From assembly GCA_963977015.1 (NCBI GenBank), contig CAXBMO010000002.1, positions 96,001 through 160,000 on the forward strand: a stretch of 64,000 nt of DNA. The letters are read 5' to 3'. Positions 28,653 to 38,403 of the stretch are shown one piece after another. This DNA comes from an uncultured bacterium (GTDB taxonomy: Bacteria > Verrucomicrobiota > Verrucomicrobiia > Verrucomicrobiales > DEV007). How positions within the stretch are numbered: position 1 is the first letter of the stretch; each line of letters begins with the position of its first letter. The notes under the pieces were generated by a model that was not told where the DNA came from, made no database searches, and saw nothing but the letters and a program-made list of their open reading frames with translations. The position numbers were made by a program, and so were the translations under genes.

Positions 28653-29621
28653 TTACGATTCCGAGGCGTAGAGCCGATATTGTTCCGCGACCTTGGCAGA
28701 CTCGGGATCGCCATGATGAAAATAGAGTCGATGGCGGAGAGACAACGTTTCCCCGACCGGGATGGTGTAGTCACCATCGCCACGTTTGGCCCCTTGCTTG
28801 GCCTCGAAATAGCCGGTTCCAAACCGGTTGGCGGTGATGAGTCCGTAGGTTCGGGCATGCCAGTGCGTCGGGAACCGGAGATTCGAGGGATGATCGAACA
28901 TGGCGATCCCAACCGTCTTTCCACTGGCTCCGGGCCCAAAGTAATCCGCCCATTCAGCTCGTTTTCCCCAAGCAGCTGCATTCTTGTCACCGTGGCTATT
29001 CAAGATTGTCCCCTTCCCCTGCTTCGTCGCCCGATGTTCCACCACCATCGAACTCGCCACGCGAACTCCCAAGCCTCCGTCTTTCTCATCGTGAAAGGTG
29101 ACGGGCGTTTCCACGGCATGGAACTCGACATCGAAATCCATCAACACCTGCCGGTTCTCCAGCGGATGAAACACGAGCCGGACTTTTTCCCGCATCACCA
29201 GCTTTCCATCCCCCATCCAATCATTCCAAAAAATCAGCTCACCGGTTTTGCCTGATTTCATCTTTTCAACGTTCTCGAGCCTGATCTCAACGTCATGCCC
29301 TCCCTGATTCGAATCGGGAGCCCAAAAACTCATCCCGTTCACATTGCGATGGGAAAACCGGATTGAGCGATGATGCTTGTGATCTTTCTGCTCGCCTTCC
29401 ACCCCGTCCTTCATCGGGAAATGCCGCGTGATGTTTTCTCCGTCCGGACCAATCACAGGATAGAGATACGGCGCCTTCCAATCCTGATGCCGCCATTCCG
29501 TGAAAAGCTGTCCATCGATCTCCACGCGAAATCGGTCTTCGAGTTCTGAGATCACCACTTCGGCGGAAGCCCAATTCCAGCTGAAGCAAGCCAACAAACA
29601 AAGCGCAAATAGGGGTTTCAT
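28653..29621 (-). CDS. Secreted PmoA-family (DUF6807-like) beta-sandwich protein; not a methane monooxygenase subunit
   Basis: Signal peptide; PYLYPV...ITRHFP...DHKHHRS...GGLGVRV...WGKRAEWADY...FDHPSN...WHARTYGL. Confidence 0.8.
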   Translation of the reverse strand: MKPLFALCLLACFSWNWASAEVVISELEDRFRVEIDGQLFTEWRHQDWKAPYLYPVIGPDGENITRHFPMKDGVEGEQKDHKHHRSIRFSHRNVNGMSFWAPDSNQGGHDVEIRLENVEKMKSGKTGELIFWNDWMGDGKLVMREKVRLVFHPLENRQVLMDFDVEFHAVETPVTFHDEKDGGLGVRVASSMVVEHRATKQGKGTILNSHGDKNAAAWGKRAEWADYFGPGASGKTVGIAMFDHPSNLRFPTHWHARTYGLITANRFGTGYFEAKQGAKRGDGDYTIPVGETLSLRHRLYFHHGDPESAKVAEQYRLYASES

Positions 29622-29666
29622 TGAGCTTGGACACGGAAGCTTCGCGCAATTCCTTGCGCACTCGTC

Positions 29667-31391
29667 TCAATTCATCGGATGAACCCGGGTGCCACCGAGC
29701 CAGGTTTCCTTCACTTCAATCTTCCGAACCTCCTCCATCGGACAGTTGAGAATGTCGCGGTCGAGAACGATGAAATCGGCCAGTTTGCCAACCTCCAACG
29801 ATCCTTTCTCCTTCTCCTCGAACGTGAGAAAGGCGTTGTTGATGGTGTAGAGCCGAATCGCCTGTTCGCGGGAAATTCGTTGGCGGGGATGAAGCGGTTC
29901 ATCCATCCAGCGCGGTTGCCGCGTCAAGGCGATCCACATTCCGAGAAACGGATTGTAGGGATTCACCGCGCGAAGACTGCCAATCTTCTGCATGTGATCG
30001 GATCCCCCGCCAACAACCACTCCTTTCTCAAACAACTCACGGTATGGTTGAAACCAGGTGAGGCGCGATTCGCCAAAGTGATGGGCCAGGGTGCTCCCAT
30101 CGAGATAGAGCCATGCAGGCTGCAAATCCGCAACAATTCCGTGTTCCGCCATTTTCGCGATCGCATCCTCGCTCATGAAGTTGCAATGCGTCACGCAAGG
30201 GCGCATTTCGCGAACCGGGAAATCGTTTTCCGCAATTCGGGAGTAGGCATTGACCAAGGTTTCAACGGCGCCGTCACCAACGGCATGAGCCGTGAATTGC
30301 AGATCCCGTTCCAAGGCGTATTTCGCGATTTCGTAGAGCTTACCGGGGTCGACATAGCGCATTCCACGATACTCGGGATCTTCGATTCCGTAGGAAGAGC
30401 TCAAGCCCCATGGTTCGCGCATGTAAGCGCTTCCAGTCAGCATGCCTCCGTCGAGAAAGATCTTCACGCCTCGAAGCCAAAGTTGATTGTTATAAGCGTG
30501 AAGCGGATGATTCGCGGTCTGATCCAGGCGCTTCTGAATGCTCTCGATCGATCCTCCCGCCCCGACTCCACGATAGAGGTAAACGCGACAGTTGAGCTGG
30601 TTCGCCCGCCAAAGCGCTTCATAAGCCCGAATTCCGCTGTCACTGGTGTTGCGATCGGAAAACCCGGTAATGCCGACCCGATTGTAGTCCGCGATGAGCT
30701 TCCGCAATTGCGCCAACCGGTCCTCAAAGCTCGGAGCCACTTTTTTGTGGGTGACTTTGATCAATCCTCCCGCACTACGAATGATTCCGGTCAATTCTCC
30801 AGTCGCAGGATCCCGCTCGATCCTCGCTTTTGAACCTTCCGGGACTTCAAAGTCGCGATCGATTCCCGAACGCGACAATGCCATCGAATTCACCGCCGCA
30901 TCTGGGCCGGTTCGGAAGTAAACGGGATTTTTCGGCGCGACTTCGTCCAATTCAGCCCGGGTCGGAAATCGGCGTTCGCGGAGGCGGGTGATGAAGACCT
31001 GAGACATCGTGATCCAGTCTCCGTCCTCTGCCTTCTCCGCCCGAGTTGCGATGTAGGTCAGCACATCATCGATGGTCTCGAAATCCGGGACTGAATGCGC
31101 AAACTCATACATCGCCGCGCTCGTGGAATGCGTGTGCGAATCGATCAAGCCCGGCAGAACCGTAGCTCCCTTCAAATCCGTTTGGCGGGTTTGATCGCCA
31201 GCCCATTTCTGGATCCCGACATTGGAACCAACCGCAACAATGCGGTCTCCGCGAATCGCGAATGCCTCAGCCACGGAGAACGCTTCATCAACCGTAACGA
31301 CCTTGCCGTTGGTAAAAATCAACTCGGCCGGTTCCTCGGACCAAGCCGTGCAGGGCAGAAGACAAAGAATCAGAAAAGCGGGGATTTTCAT
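29667..31391 (-). CDS. Exported amidohydrolase (YtcJ-like, Amidohydro_3)
   Basis: PGLIDSHTH, VKIFLDG, HAVGDGA, GGSDH, GSLEVGKLADFIVLD. Confidence 0.92.
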   Translation of the reverse strand: MKIPAFLILCLLPCTAWSEEPAELIFTNGKVVTVDEAFSVAEAFAIRGDRIVAVGSNVGIQKWAGDQTRQTDLKGATVLPGLIDSHTHSTSAAMYEFAHSVPDFETIDDVLTYIATRAEKAEDGDWITMSQVFITRLRERRFPTRAELDEVAPKNPVYFRTGPDAAVNSMALSRSGIDRDFEVPEGSKARIERDPATGELTGIIRSAGGLIKVTHKKVAPSFEDRLAQLRKLIADYNRVGITGFSDRNTSDSGIRAYEALWRANQLNCRVYLYRGVGAGGSIESIQKRLDQTANHPLHAYNNQLWLRGVKIFLDGGMLTGSAYMREPWGLSSSYGIEDPEYRGMRYVDPGKLYEIAKYALERDLQFTAHAVGDGAVETLVNAYSRIAENDFPVREMRPCVTHCNFMSEDAIAKMAEHGIVADLQPAWLYLDGSTLAHHFGESRLTWFQPYRELFEKGVVVGGGSDHMQKIGSLRAVNPYNPFLGMWIALTRQPRWMDEPLHPRQRISREQAIRLYTINNAFLTFEEKEKGSLEVGKLADFIVLDRDILNCPMEEVRKIEVKETWLGGTRVHPMN

Positions 31392-31410
31392 GGTCGGACC
31401 CCGCAGCCTG

Positions 31411-32385
31411 TCAAAAAGACGTCTTCAGGTCAACCGGTCGAATCGCGGTCACGAGCGGACGGTGATCACTCGCCTTGGCCCACGCCTCGGAATCATCCTG
31501 AGTCGAGTAGTGGTAAATGAACGATCGATCTTGGTTGATCTCTCGATACAGGCCGCGGCTCACCATCACAAAATCGATCTTGGAATAGATCTCGGCGAAT
31601 GACCAATGGTGGGTCCAGCTCATCCCAAACCGGTCCTCCAAACGCAACGCCGTCAGGTAGCGATCACTCCCAAACCGGCCTTGCACGGCTTTGATGGGAA
31701 CTTCGTTTCTCGTGTCGTTGAAATCTCCGTAAACGAGCAAATTCACGTCAGGATCCTCGTCAAAAACCGCCTCGACGTGTTGACGGAGCAAATGCGCCTC
31801 ATTCCGGCGCATCAACGCCTGATCGGCATCCGGGACCGGTCGCTTGCTCTTCAAATGGCAACCCACGAGCCGAAGCTGGTAATCCGGATTCACCTGAACC
31901 GTCGCATCCAGAATCCCCCGGCTCAGCGCAAACTCCCGTTCGCCGATCTGGTAGGTCAGATCTCGAACCGATTGGCGGGCGACGATGGGGAACTGGCTCA
32001 GCAGGACCAGATGCCGAACCTCATCCCCGCCTTCAACCCACTCAACGTGAGGATATTCCAACCCGACCCGTCCCAGCCGCTCCTGAAGATCGGCGACGTC
32101 CTCCATCGTGCCCATCTCACACAGGCCGATGATCGCAGGACGCAGCTTGGCAAACGTCGCGACAACCGCCCGCTTCTCCTCGTCCGGTTTGGGCACGTCC
32201 TTGATGATCTCACCCTTGACCGTGCGATCCTGGCGAAGGTAGTTTTCGACGTTGTAGGCAATGAATCGAATCTCGGGAACCGACTCATCCCCGGACTGGG
32301 CAATCGCAGATCCCAGTCCAAAAAACAGGGCGGACATTGCTGTCCACCCTGTGTAAAATCGTTTGGTTGCGACTGCGGGAAGCAT
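31411..32385 (-). CDS. Endonuclease/exonuclease/phosphatase (EEP) family protein
   Basis: AYNVEN, GLCE, HLKSK, GDFND, IDF, SDHRP; ATG overlaps the tatA stop (TGATG). Confidence 0.9.
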   Translation of the reverse strand: MLPAVATKRFYTGWTAMSALFFGLGSAIAQSGDESVPEIRFIAYNVENYLRQDRTVKGEIIKDVPKPDEEKRAVVATFAKLRPAIIGLCEMGTMEDVADLQERLGRVGLEYPHVEWVEGGDEVRHLVLLSQFPIVARQSVRDLTYQIGEREFALSRGILDATVQVNPDYQLRLVGCHLKSKRPVPDADQALMRRNEAHLLRQHVEAVFDEDPDVNLLVYGDFNDTRNEVPIKAVQGRFGSDRYLTALRLEDRFGMSWTHHWSFAEIYSKIDFVMVSRGLYREINQDRSFIYHYSTQDDSEAWAKASDHRPLVTAIRPVDLKTSF

Positions 32386-32657
32386 CAGGCCTTACCCGAC
32401 TCATTCGCGTGATCACCCGAATGCTGCTCTCGTTCGAACTCCGAGGCTGGAGAGCGCATCTCAAGTTTTCGGGTTTCTTCCTGCACGGAGTATTCCGCGC
32501 GGCGAATCTCCTGCTCGAACTCGTTGCGAGCTTTCTTGAATTCGCCCATCGCCTTTCCCATGCCCTTTGCCAAATCCGGCAATTTTTTGGCACCGAACAA
32601 AAGGAGAACGGCCACGAAGATGATGATCATCTCCCCACCACCAGGTAGTCCCATCAT
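32385..32657 (-). CDS. tatA: Sec-independent translocase subunit TatA/E
   Basis: TM helix then LLFGAKKLPDLAKGMGKAMGEFKKA. Confidence 0.92.
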   Translation of the reverse strand: MMGLPGGGEMIIIFVAVLLLFGAKKLPDLAKGMGKAMGEFKKARNEFEQEIRRAEYSVQEETRKLEMRSPASEFEREQHSGDHANESGKA

Positions 32658-32692
32658 AAGCTTGGAGTAATTCGAGGTTTTAAAAAACGAAC

Positions 32693-32890
32693 TCAGGCAG
32701 CGGACGACTTGTCGTCATCATCGCTTTTCGCAGTGACTTCAGCTTCCGCTTCTTCCATTTCCTTGCGGGCTTTTTGGAATTCGTTGAGACTTTCACCGAC
32801 CCCACGAGCGAGTTGTGGGAGTTTCTTTGCTCCGAAGAGTAGGATGATCACGAAAACAATAATCGCGATCTGCATTGGACCAGGCATCAT
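32693..32890 (-). CDS. tatA: Sec-independent translocase subunit TatA/E
   Basis: TM helix then LLFGAKKLPQLARGVGESLNEFQKA; start placed at MMPGPMQ. Confidence 0.92.
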   Translation of the reverse strand: MMPGPMQIAIIVFVIILLFGAKKLPQLARGVGESLNEFQKARKEMEEAEAEVTAKSDDDDKSSAA

Positions 32891-33097
32891 AAGCTTTTTA
32901 AAAAGTTGGAGGTTGGTAATTTGCAAACACGGGCCGGTTTGCGGCTGCTTTCGTGCTCTGTCGTAGGTAGAACGTCCCTAGCGGACCGTTTCTTGCCATG
33001 TTTTTAGACTATCTTCATTCTAGGCGGATGAAGGAACTTTGCAAAGGGAAGATTTTTGGCTGGCAGGAGAGCCGATGAACGTTGAAAGAAGGGCGCT

Positions 33098-34243
33098 ATG
33101 CCAAAACCGGTCGTCGCCAGTTATTGCACAACCTTCCTCAAACCGGAAATGCTCCACATTTACCGTCAGGTGACCGGGTTGAAGGAATTCGAAACGTTTG
33201 TGATTTGTAAGGAACGAAAGAGCGAGGAACGCTTTCCGTTTCCGGGGATCGAGGTGCAACCCAAAGTCCGCAGCAACTTCGTCCGGCGCTTTTGGCAGAA
33301 ATACGTCAAGCACGAGCCGCCCATCGTCTATCGGGGCGAATATCAGACGATCGCCAACATTCTCGACCGTCGTGATGCCGATCTGATGCATGTTTACTTT
33401 GGCCACACCGGCGTTCATCTGCTGCCCTTTATGCGGCGTTGGCCCAAACCGGCGATTGTCTCGTTTCACGGCATGGATGTCCAGACTCGCGAAGGGCAAC
33501 CCGGCTACATCGACCGGTTGAAGGATCTCCTTTCGGAACTTCCGCTCGTTCTGGCGCGAAGCGAATCCCTCAAATCGCGCCTCGTCGATTTGGGATGCGA
33601 TCCCGGAAAAGTGCGAATCAATCGAACCGGCATCCCGATGGATCGCTTTCCGTTTCAGGATCGCCCCGAGCCGGAGAATGGAGCCTGGCACCTGGTGCAG
33701 GCATGTCGATTGATCGAGAAAAAGGGGCTGGATCTAACGCTCAAGGCATTTCACGCCTTTCGAAACGAATTCCCCAATGCCAAATTGACCATTGCCGGAG
33801 AAGGCCCGCTCCAGGAAGAACTGGAAAGTCAGGCCAAGAGTCTGGATTTGGGAGAATCGATCCAGTTTTGCGGGTTTTTGAGCGTGGAGGAGTTGTCCGC
33901 GTTGTATCAAAGCGCCCACTTTTTCATTCATCCCAGCCGACTCACGAGCGATCAAAATCAGGAGGGCATTCCGAATTCGATGGTCGAGGCGATGGCGACG
34001 GGACTGCCGGTGATTTCCACCTTTCACGGAGGAATCCCCGAAGCAGTCAAAGATGGTGTCACCGGTTTGCTTTGTGCCGAAAACGAATGGGAACCTCTTC
34101 GCGATTTTCTCATCGATCTCGCCAAGAATCCCGAGCGTTGGTCGACCATTTCCAAAGCGGCGGCGGAAGATGTTCGCGAAAACTTTGCCCACGACGCTCA
34201 AATCGCCAAACTCGAGGGATTTTATCGTGAAGCGCTTGGATAA
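33098..34243 (+). CDS. Glycosyltransferase family 4 (WcaL-like)
   Basis: HVYFGH, SFHGMD, RLIEKKG, EGIPNSMVEAMATGLPV...HGGIPE. Confidence 0.92.
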   Translation: MPKPVVASYCTTFLKPEMLHIYRQVTGLKEFETFVICKERKSEERFPFPGIEVQPKVRSNFVRRFWQKYVKHEPPIVYRGEYQTIANILDRRDADLMHVYFGHTGVHLLPFMRRWPKPAIVSFHGMDVQTREGQPGYIDRLKDLLSELPLVLARSESLKSRLVDLGCDPGKVRINRTGIPMDRFPFQDRPEPENGAWHLVQACRLIEKKGLDLTLKAFHAFRNEFPNAKLTIAGEGPLQEELESQAKSLDLGESIQFCGFLSVEELSALYQSAHFFIHPSRLTSDQNQEGIPNSMVEAMATGLPVISTFHGGIPEAVKDGVTGLLCAENEWEPLRDFLIDLAKNPERWSTISKAAAEDVRENFAHDAQIAKLEGFYREALG

Positions 34244-34261
34244 ACCGAAAATTCCCACAAA

Positions 34262-34888
34262 ATGACCAAGAAACGCCTCCGCCGTTACGTCGGCCAAATC
34301 GTCTTCGCCGTGGTGATTGTCTTGCTGCTCGCGGCGATGGCAAAATGCCCGAAAATCCCAATTCCGGAATCGCTCTACGGATACATCACCGACATGTCGA
34401 TCCTGATTTTCACGATCGCCTCGGTTCTGCTCGCGAACACGTTTCGGAAACGCCAGGTTTTCATCGACTCTCTCCGCGAAGAATGGCGCGAGATCGTCGA
34501 CACCAAGGCCGCCCTTTCCGTTTATTGTCAGCGCGAAGCACCATCGCTGGATGATTACCTCGACACCTACTGCCTCATCAGCCGGGCGATCGACAACATG
34601 CGAATGGTGTATCGCAACGTCGGCGAAACCAAAAAGTTAATCGGCTACTACCCGTTTGAGCCCTTGCACGACATGCGAAGATCGATGGAGGCAATTGATC
34701 CGCGGAACGGCCCCGTTTCATTGGAAGAACGCATGTCCGCCCGCGAAGACATTTGGGAAGCCTTCAACGCGCTTCGAGAGCGTTTTCTGGATGAACTCGA
34801 ACTGGTGGAACCGGCCAATCCCATTCTCGGAATCGCCGCCAAGCGCACCAAGCAGCCAGGCTCGAGCTCCCGTTCTCAGGCGTCGTAA
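34262..34888 (+). CDS. Hypothetical membrane protein (two N-terminal TM helices)
   Basis: 208-aa ORF 18 bp after the GT gene; two hydrophobic segments then a helical soluble domain. Confidence 0.7.
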   Translation: MTKKRLRRYVGQIVFAVVIVLLLAAMAKCPKIPIPESLYGYITDMSILIFTIASVLLANTFRKRQVFIDSLREEWREIVDTKAALSVYCQREAPSLDDYLDTYCLISRAIDNMRMVYRNVGETKKLIGYYPFEPLHDMRRSMEAIDPRNGPVSLEERMSAREDIWEAFNALRERFLDELELVEPANPILGIAAKRTKQPGSSSRSQAS

Positions 34889-36033
34889 AACAGTGCGGCG
34901 GAAGCGGTGTATCCGTGGAGAAAATTCGAGTCGCCTATCGGACCGATCTCTCCGTTGCAGAAAAATCCCCCGATTGGGACTTTCCCGAACGCGTCGGCGA
35001 TCACGTCAGCATCGTGATTGGGAATGCCAAACATCCGCGAACCTCTTCCCGTGCAACTAAAGAGCAACCCGGCGATCGGAACGCCGAGTTTCTCCACGGT
35101 TTTTTCGCACAGTATCTTGAGATCCTCGTCCGCTGAATCCTTGTCTCGAATCTGAAATTGCATCGTCTGTCCTGCCCGCGGAAACGCGCCCAGCATGATG
35201 ACTCCAGCCGTCGGATCCCCACCGAGAATGTTCCGGACCAAAAAATCGCCCCGGCTGAACTCTTCCAGGTACTCACTCACCGCCAATCCCGCAAAAATGT
35301 TCCCCTTGGCGACTTCCTTGTCTTCGCTGCTCAAACTCTCGAAAGCTTCTTCCAACACGTCAAAAGCGCGGCGTGACGCAATACTCACAATCACGTTTTC
35401 ATCCACTTCTGTAATCGTGTAGGGACTCCCGATCGGCCGGCAGCCCTGGCTCACCACTCCACGAATCTGGATTCCGCCTTCGAATCGAACGCCAATACAG
35501 GCTGCAGACGCCGCATCTCGATTGTGGAACAGAAAAACGTCCTCAGGATCTCCGCCCCCACTTGCCAATCCTCCAAACGTCGGAGTCTGATCGAAAATCG
35601 CGTTCCAGCGAGTCATCCATTGCTCCGCATGAGCCAGAAACGGATTGCAGAGGGAAATCCAGAAACCACCGGGCTCGATTCCACCGGAGTCAAAGTCTTC
35701 GATATCGTCAGGAGATAGCTCCAGGAACTGAACATTGGTGTTGGGAAAATGGAGAAAAACCAGGCAACATCCCGAGACGTTCTCATCCTCTTCCTGGGTG
35801 CCGATAAAACCATCTGCGGTGCAGCCGACAATTTCAGCGGCATGGCCATAAACCTGAACGACTTCGACAAAGTCTTGAAAGTGCTTTCTCCAGTCGGAAC
35901 TGATGAATGCGAATACGACGCTCGGCCGGTCACCAATCTCATTTCGACACTGCTCCGCTGCCTCACGAACAGTATCCTCATCATAGGTGGATCGCACAAT
36001 GCGCGACGCTGATCGGTTCTCACTAACCATCAA
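34876..36033 (-). CDS. FIST-domain signal transduction protein (FIST_N + FIST_C)
   Basis: IVGCT, GGLASGG, VSQGCRPIG, LFSCTGRG, GFFCNGEIGP...LHGYT. Confidence 0.92.
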   Translation of the reverse strand: MMVSENRSASRIVRSTYDEDTVREAAEQCRNEIGDRPSVVFAFISSDWRKHFQDFVEVVQVYGHAAEIVGCTADGFIGTQEEDENVSGCCLVFLHFPNTNVQFLELSPDDIEDFDSGGIEPGGFWISLCNPFLAHAEQWMTRWNAIFDQTPTFGGLASGGGDPEDVFLFHNRDAASAACIGVRFEGGIQIRGVVSQGCRPIGSPYTITEVDENVIVSIASRRAFDVLEEAFESLSSEDKEVAKGNIFAGLAVSEYLEEFSRGDFLVRNILGGDPTAGVIMLGAFPRAGQTMQFQIRDKDSADEDLKILCEKTVEKLGVPIAGLLFSCTGRGSRMFGIPNHDADVIADAFGKVPIGGFFCNGEIGPIGDSNFLHGYTASAALFYDA

Positions 36034-36083
36034 TCAGCGTTGCACGGGGCGGCGTGCATCGAAAGCGAAAACCGCCTTACAAA

Positions 36084-36320
36084 TCAACCGCACAGGCTCA
36101 CCGGCAGCCGCAACTCGGAAACGCGGGTCATCACAACTTGCTCCATCTGGCGGCGGAGATACATGCGCCGTAGGGGATTCGCATTCCGCAATCGTGTTCG
36201 ATACTCGTCCTCAACCTCTTGGGAAATTCGTTGCACCTCGTCCAGCTGCGCTTCCAACCAGACTTCAGGATCATCAACAACAAGCGATGCGGTAATGGAT
36301 TGGGCGAGTTCCTTTTTCAT
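36084..36320 (-). CDS. Small hypothetical protein
   Basis: 78-aa ATG ORF filling the gap between tRNA-Leu and the FIST gene in the same orientation; no motif recognised. Confidence 0.5.
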   Translation of the reverse strand: MKKELAQSITASLVVDDPEVWLEAQLDEVQRISQEVEDEYRTRLRNANPLRRMYLRRQMEQVVMTRVSELRLPVSLCG

Positions 36321-36474
36321 AACGAGTGTCAGTGACTAACTGCAAGTTACCGTCTTTTCTTGGACCCAACTTTCAACCGGTCAGCGCCTGCAAGTTTTGA
36401 GCAACTTTGATCAGAAACTATACAATCATTCCCGGCTTGAACAACTGAAACCTCTATACCCACCAAAATAAGAA

Positions 36475-36556
36475 TACCAAGGACAGGAATCGAACCTGCA
36501 CGGATTGCTCCACTTGATCCTAAGTCAAGCGCGTCTACCAATTTCGCCACCTTGGC
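36475..36556 (-). tRNA. tRNA-Leu (anticodon TAG)
   Basis: Reverse complement GCCAAGGTGGCGAAATTGGTAGACGCGCTTGACTTAGGATCAAGTGGAGCAATCCGTGCAGGTTCGATTCCTGTCCTTGGTA: acceptor stem, D-loop GG, CT-TAG-GA loop, long variable arm, GGTTCGA T-loop; CCA not encoded. Confidence 0.96.
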
Positions 36557-36631
36557 TTTGAGGTCAGGAGAACAAATGGCGGAACTTGATTGGATCTCAA
36601 ATGGCCACGCATTCTCGCGAAAACGGTCCGG

Positions 36632-36659
36632 ATTGTAACGCAAGATTGCAGCGTCTCAA
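36632..36659 (-). promoter_or_regulatory. Putative sigma70 promoter of tRNA-Leu
   Basis: Minus strand TTGAGA-N16-TACAAT about 75 bp upstream of the tRNA. Confidence 0.5.
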
Positions 36660-36701
36660 CTCAAGGCTTTGCGAAACATGACTTTCGTTCTAATTTCATG
36701 A

Positions 36702-37217
36702 ATGCGACTGCTTTGGACCGCGATGTTTTTCGGACTCCTTTCCTGCTCCCAAGCCGAGCCCAATGCCCGATTTGAGGCGATGCTGGACAAGACGCTGGAT
36801 GGGTCGATTCCGCAGATTACGGCGTCCGAATTGCTCGATTTACGCCGTTCCAATCCCGATTTGATTCTGCTGGATTCGCGGGAGATCGGAGAATTCACCG
36901 TGAGCCATCTGGAGGGCGCAACCTGGATCGGGTTTGACGATTTCGAGGAAGAGCGCGTCGCAGAGTTGCCCCGCGATGGGCAAGTCGTGGTCTACTGCTC
37001 CATTGGCCGGCGTAGCGAAATTCTGGGCGAAAAACTCACCAAGCTTGGATTCACCTCCGTGTTGAATCTCCGCGGGGGAATTTTTGACTGGGCAAACCGC
37101 GAGTTGCCGATGGTGGATTCGGAAGGCGAAACAACAAAGGCGGTCCACCCCTTCAACCGCTGGTGGGGTCGATGGCTCTTGCCGACGATTGAGCGCCGCT
37201 ACGAACCCGGGAATTAG
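36702..37217 (+). CDS. Rhodanese-like domain lipoprotein
   Basis: Lipobox LLSC; LLDSRE..EF.VSHLEGA; active-site loop VYCSIGRRS; LRGGIFDW. Confidence 0.88.
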   Translation: MRLLWTAMFFGLLSCSQAEPNARFEAMLDKTLDGSIPQITASELLDLRRSNPDLILLDSREIGEFTVSHLEGATWIGFDDFEEERVAELPRDGQVVVYCSIGRRSEILGEKLTKLGFTSVLNLRGGIFDWANRELPMVDSEGETTKAVHPFNRWWGRWLLPTIERRYEPGN

Positions 37218-37219
37218 TC

Positions 37220-38296
37220 TCAGCGCGCGAAGGTGAGTCCGTCCAGCCGCAGATTGGGCACGTTCTTCCCCAAAACCAAGGTTTGAAAAACCTGTCCCAT
37301 CGTTCCGGGATGGGTGAGGGTCTGGAATTGGCGAACCAGGGAAGTCGGCGGAGATCCGTCAATCTCGCGAAGCCAATCGGCGGCAACACCGGTGAGAAAT
37401 CGACTTTGATCGGTGAGACCAAGCGCCTTGAACCCCTGGCGTTCCGCACAATCGATGACCTGGGAGAAATTCACCTGAGCCGTCAGATCAGTTTCTCCAA
37501 TCGCTTCGAATGGCGAGTCCGGGCTCTGGTGTTCGCGATAGCATCGCAGGGTGCCGTCTTTGCGACCGGAGTCAAAGAACTCATCAGCCAACAATCCATA
37601 ATCGAGAAGAATGACCACACCAGTTTCAAAGGCTTGATCCAACTCCGCAACCCACGGCTCGATGCCCGGACAGAATTCGGTGGTAAAGCCGTCTTCAACC
37701 TCGTCGGGAAACGCAATCGGAGGATTCCCTTCGAGTTCAAAGGTCGACTCTGCCAGGTTCCCAGCATCATCCACCACCACCCGTAGTTCCTGCCACGTCC
37801 CATCAGAAAACCGATATCGATCGACGGGAAACGCATCGAGAAGCTCGTTGCCTATCAACACGCCGTGTTTCGCTTTCAACTCCTCCAATTTGACCGGATG
37901 CTGCCGGAGTCGCGCCCCCAACCTCTCGGCCTGGAGTTTCCGATAGGCCGGTTTCGGCTCGATAATTGCGTAGTCCAGGTCGAGTCCCAAATCCTGAAGG
38001 GCCGAGAGGATATCGTCCGCCAACTGCCCATCGTGAGCTCCCTGCTCTGCTATCGAGAAATCCGCCGGACACCCCAGATTCTCCCAGATCTGGCGAATTT
38101 GCCGGGCCAACAGCATTCCAAAACAGGGCCCCACACTGACACTGGTAAAAAAGTCACCTTGTTTCCCGATTCTTCGAGGCACGGAGTAGTATCCCAGGTG
38201 GGGATGATAGAGCGCCAACTCCATAAATTTACCGAACGAAATCCCCCGATTGCTTTTTTTGATAAGTTCAACGATTTGGGCGCGTAATTTTTCCAC
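37220..38296 (-). CDS. SAM-dependent methyltransferase, MidA/NDUFAF7 family (start uncertain: GTG 38296 or ATG 38356)
   Basis: FMELALYHPHLGYY, GDFFTS, EQGAHDGQL, NELLDAFP, DYG, DLTAQVNF, QSRFL. Confidence 0.9.
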   Translation of the reverse strand: MEKLRAQIVELIKKSNRGISFGKFMELALYHPHLGYYSVPRRIGKQGDFFTSVSVGPCFGMLLARQIRQIWENLGCPADFSIAEQGAHDGQLADDILSALQDLGLDLDYAIIEPKPAYRKLQAERLGARLRQHPVKLEELKAKHGVLIGNELLDAFPVDRYRFSDGTWQELRVVVDDAGNLAESTFELEGNPPIAFPDEVEDGFTTEFCPGIEPWVAELDQAFETGVVILLDYGLLADEFFDSGRKDGTLRCYREHQSPDSPFEAIGETDLTAQVNFSQVIDCAERQGFKALGLTDQSRFLTGVAADWLREIDGSPPTSLVRQFQTLTHPGTMGQVFQTLVLGKNVPNLRLDGLTFAR

Positions 38297-38403
38297 AATA
38301 TCAGGATGCCCTACGTCTGACAATATGCCAGGACTTGCCGAGCCTGGCAAAACCATGCATACTCGAAGCTGGGTAGTTCTGCCCAGGCCCAGTTCCACTC
38401 ACC

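Noticed and set aside
28586-28990. Apparent long overlap between the methyltransferase ORF and the PmoA-family gene
   Set aside because: The extension is low-information sequence in an alternative frame; the methyltransferase domain starts downstream.
28653-29621. Methane monooxygenase interpretation of the PmoA-family label
   Set aside because: Soluble secreted protein with no TM helices and no pmoB/pmoC; the family name is misleading.
15423-36643. Shared 11-mer TTGTAACGCAA in two intergenic regions (15423-15433 and 36633-36643)
   Set aside because: An 11-bp match is expected by chance in this much sequence, and one copy is explained by the tRNA promoter -10 region.
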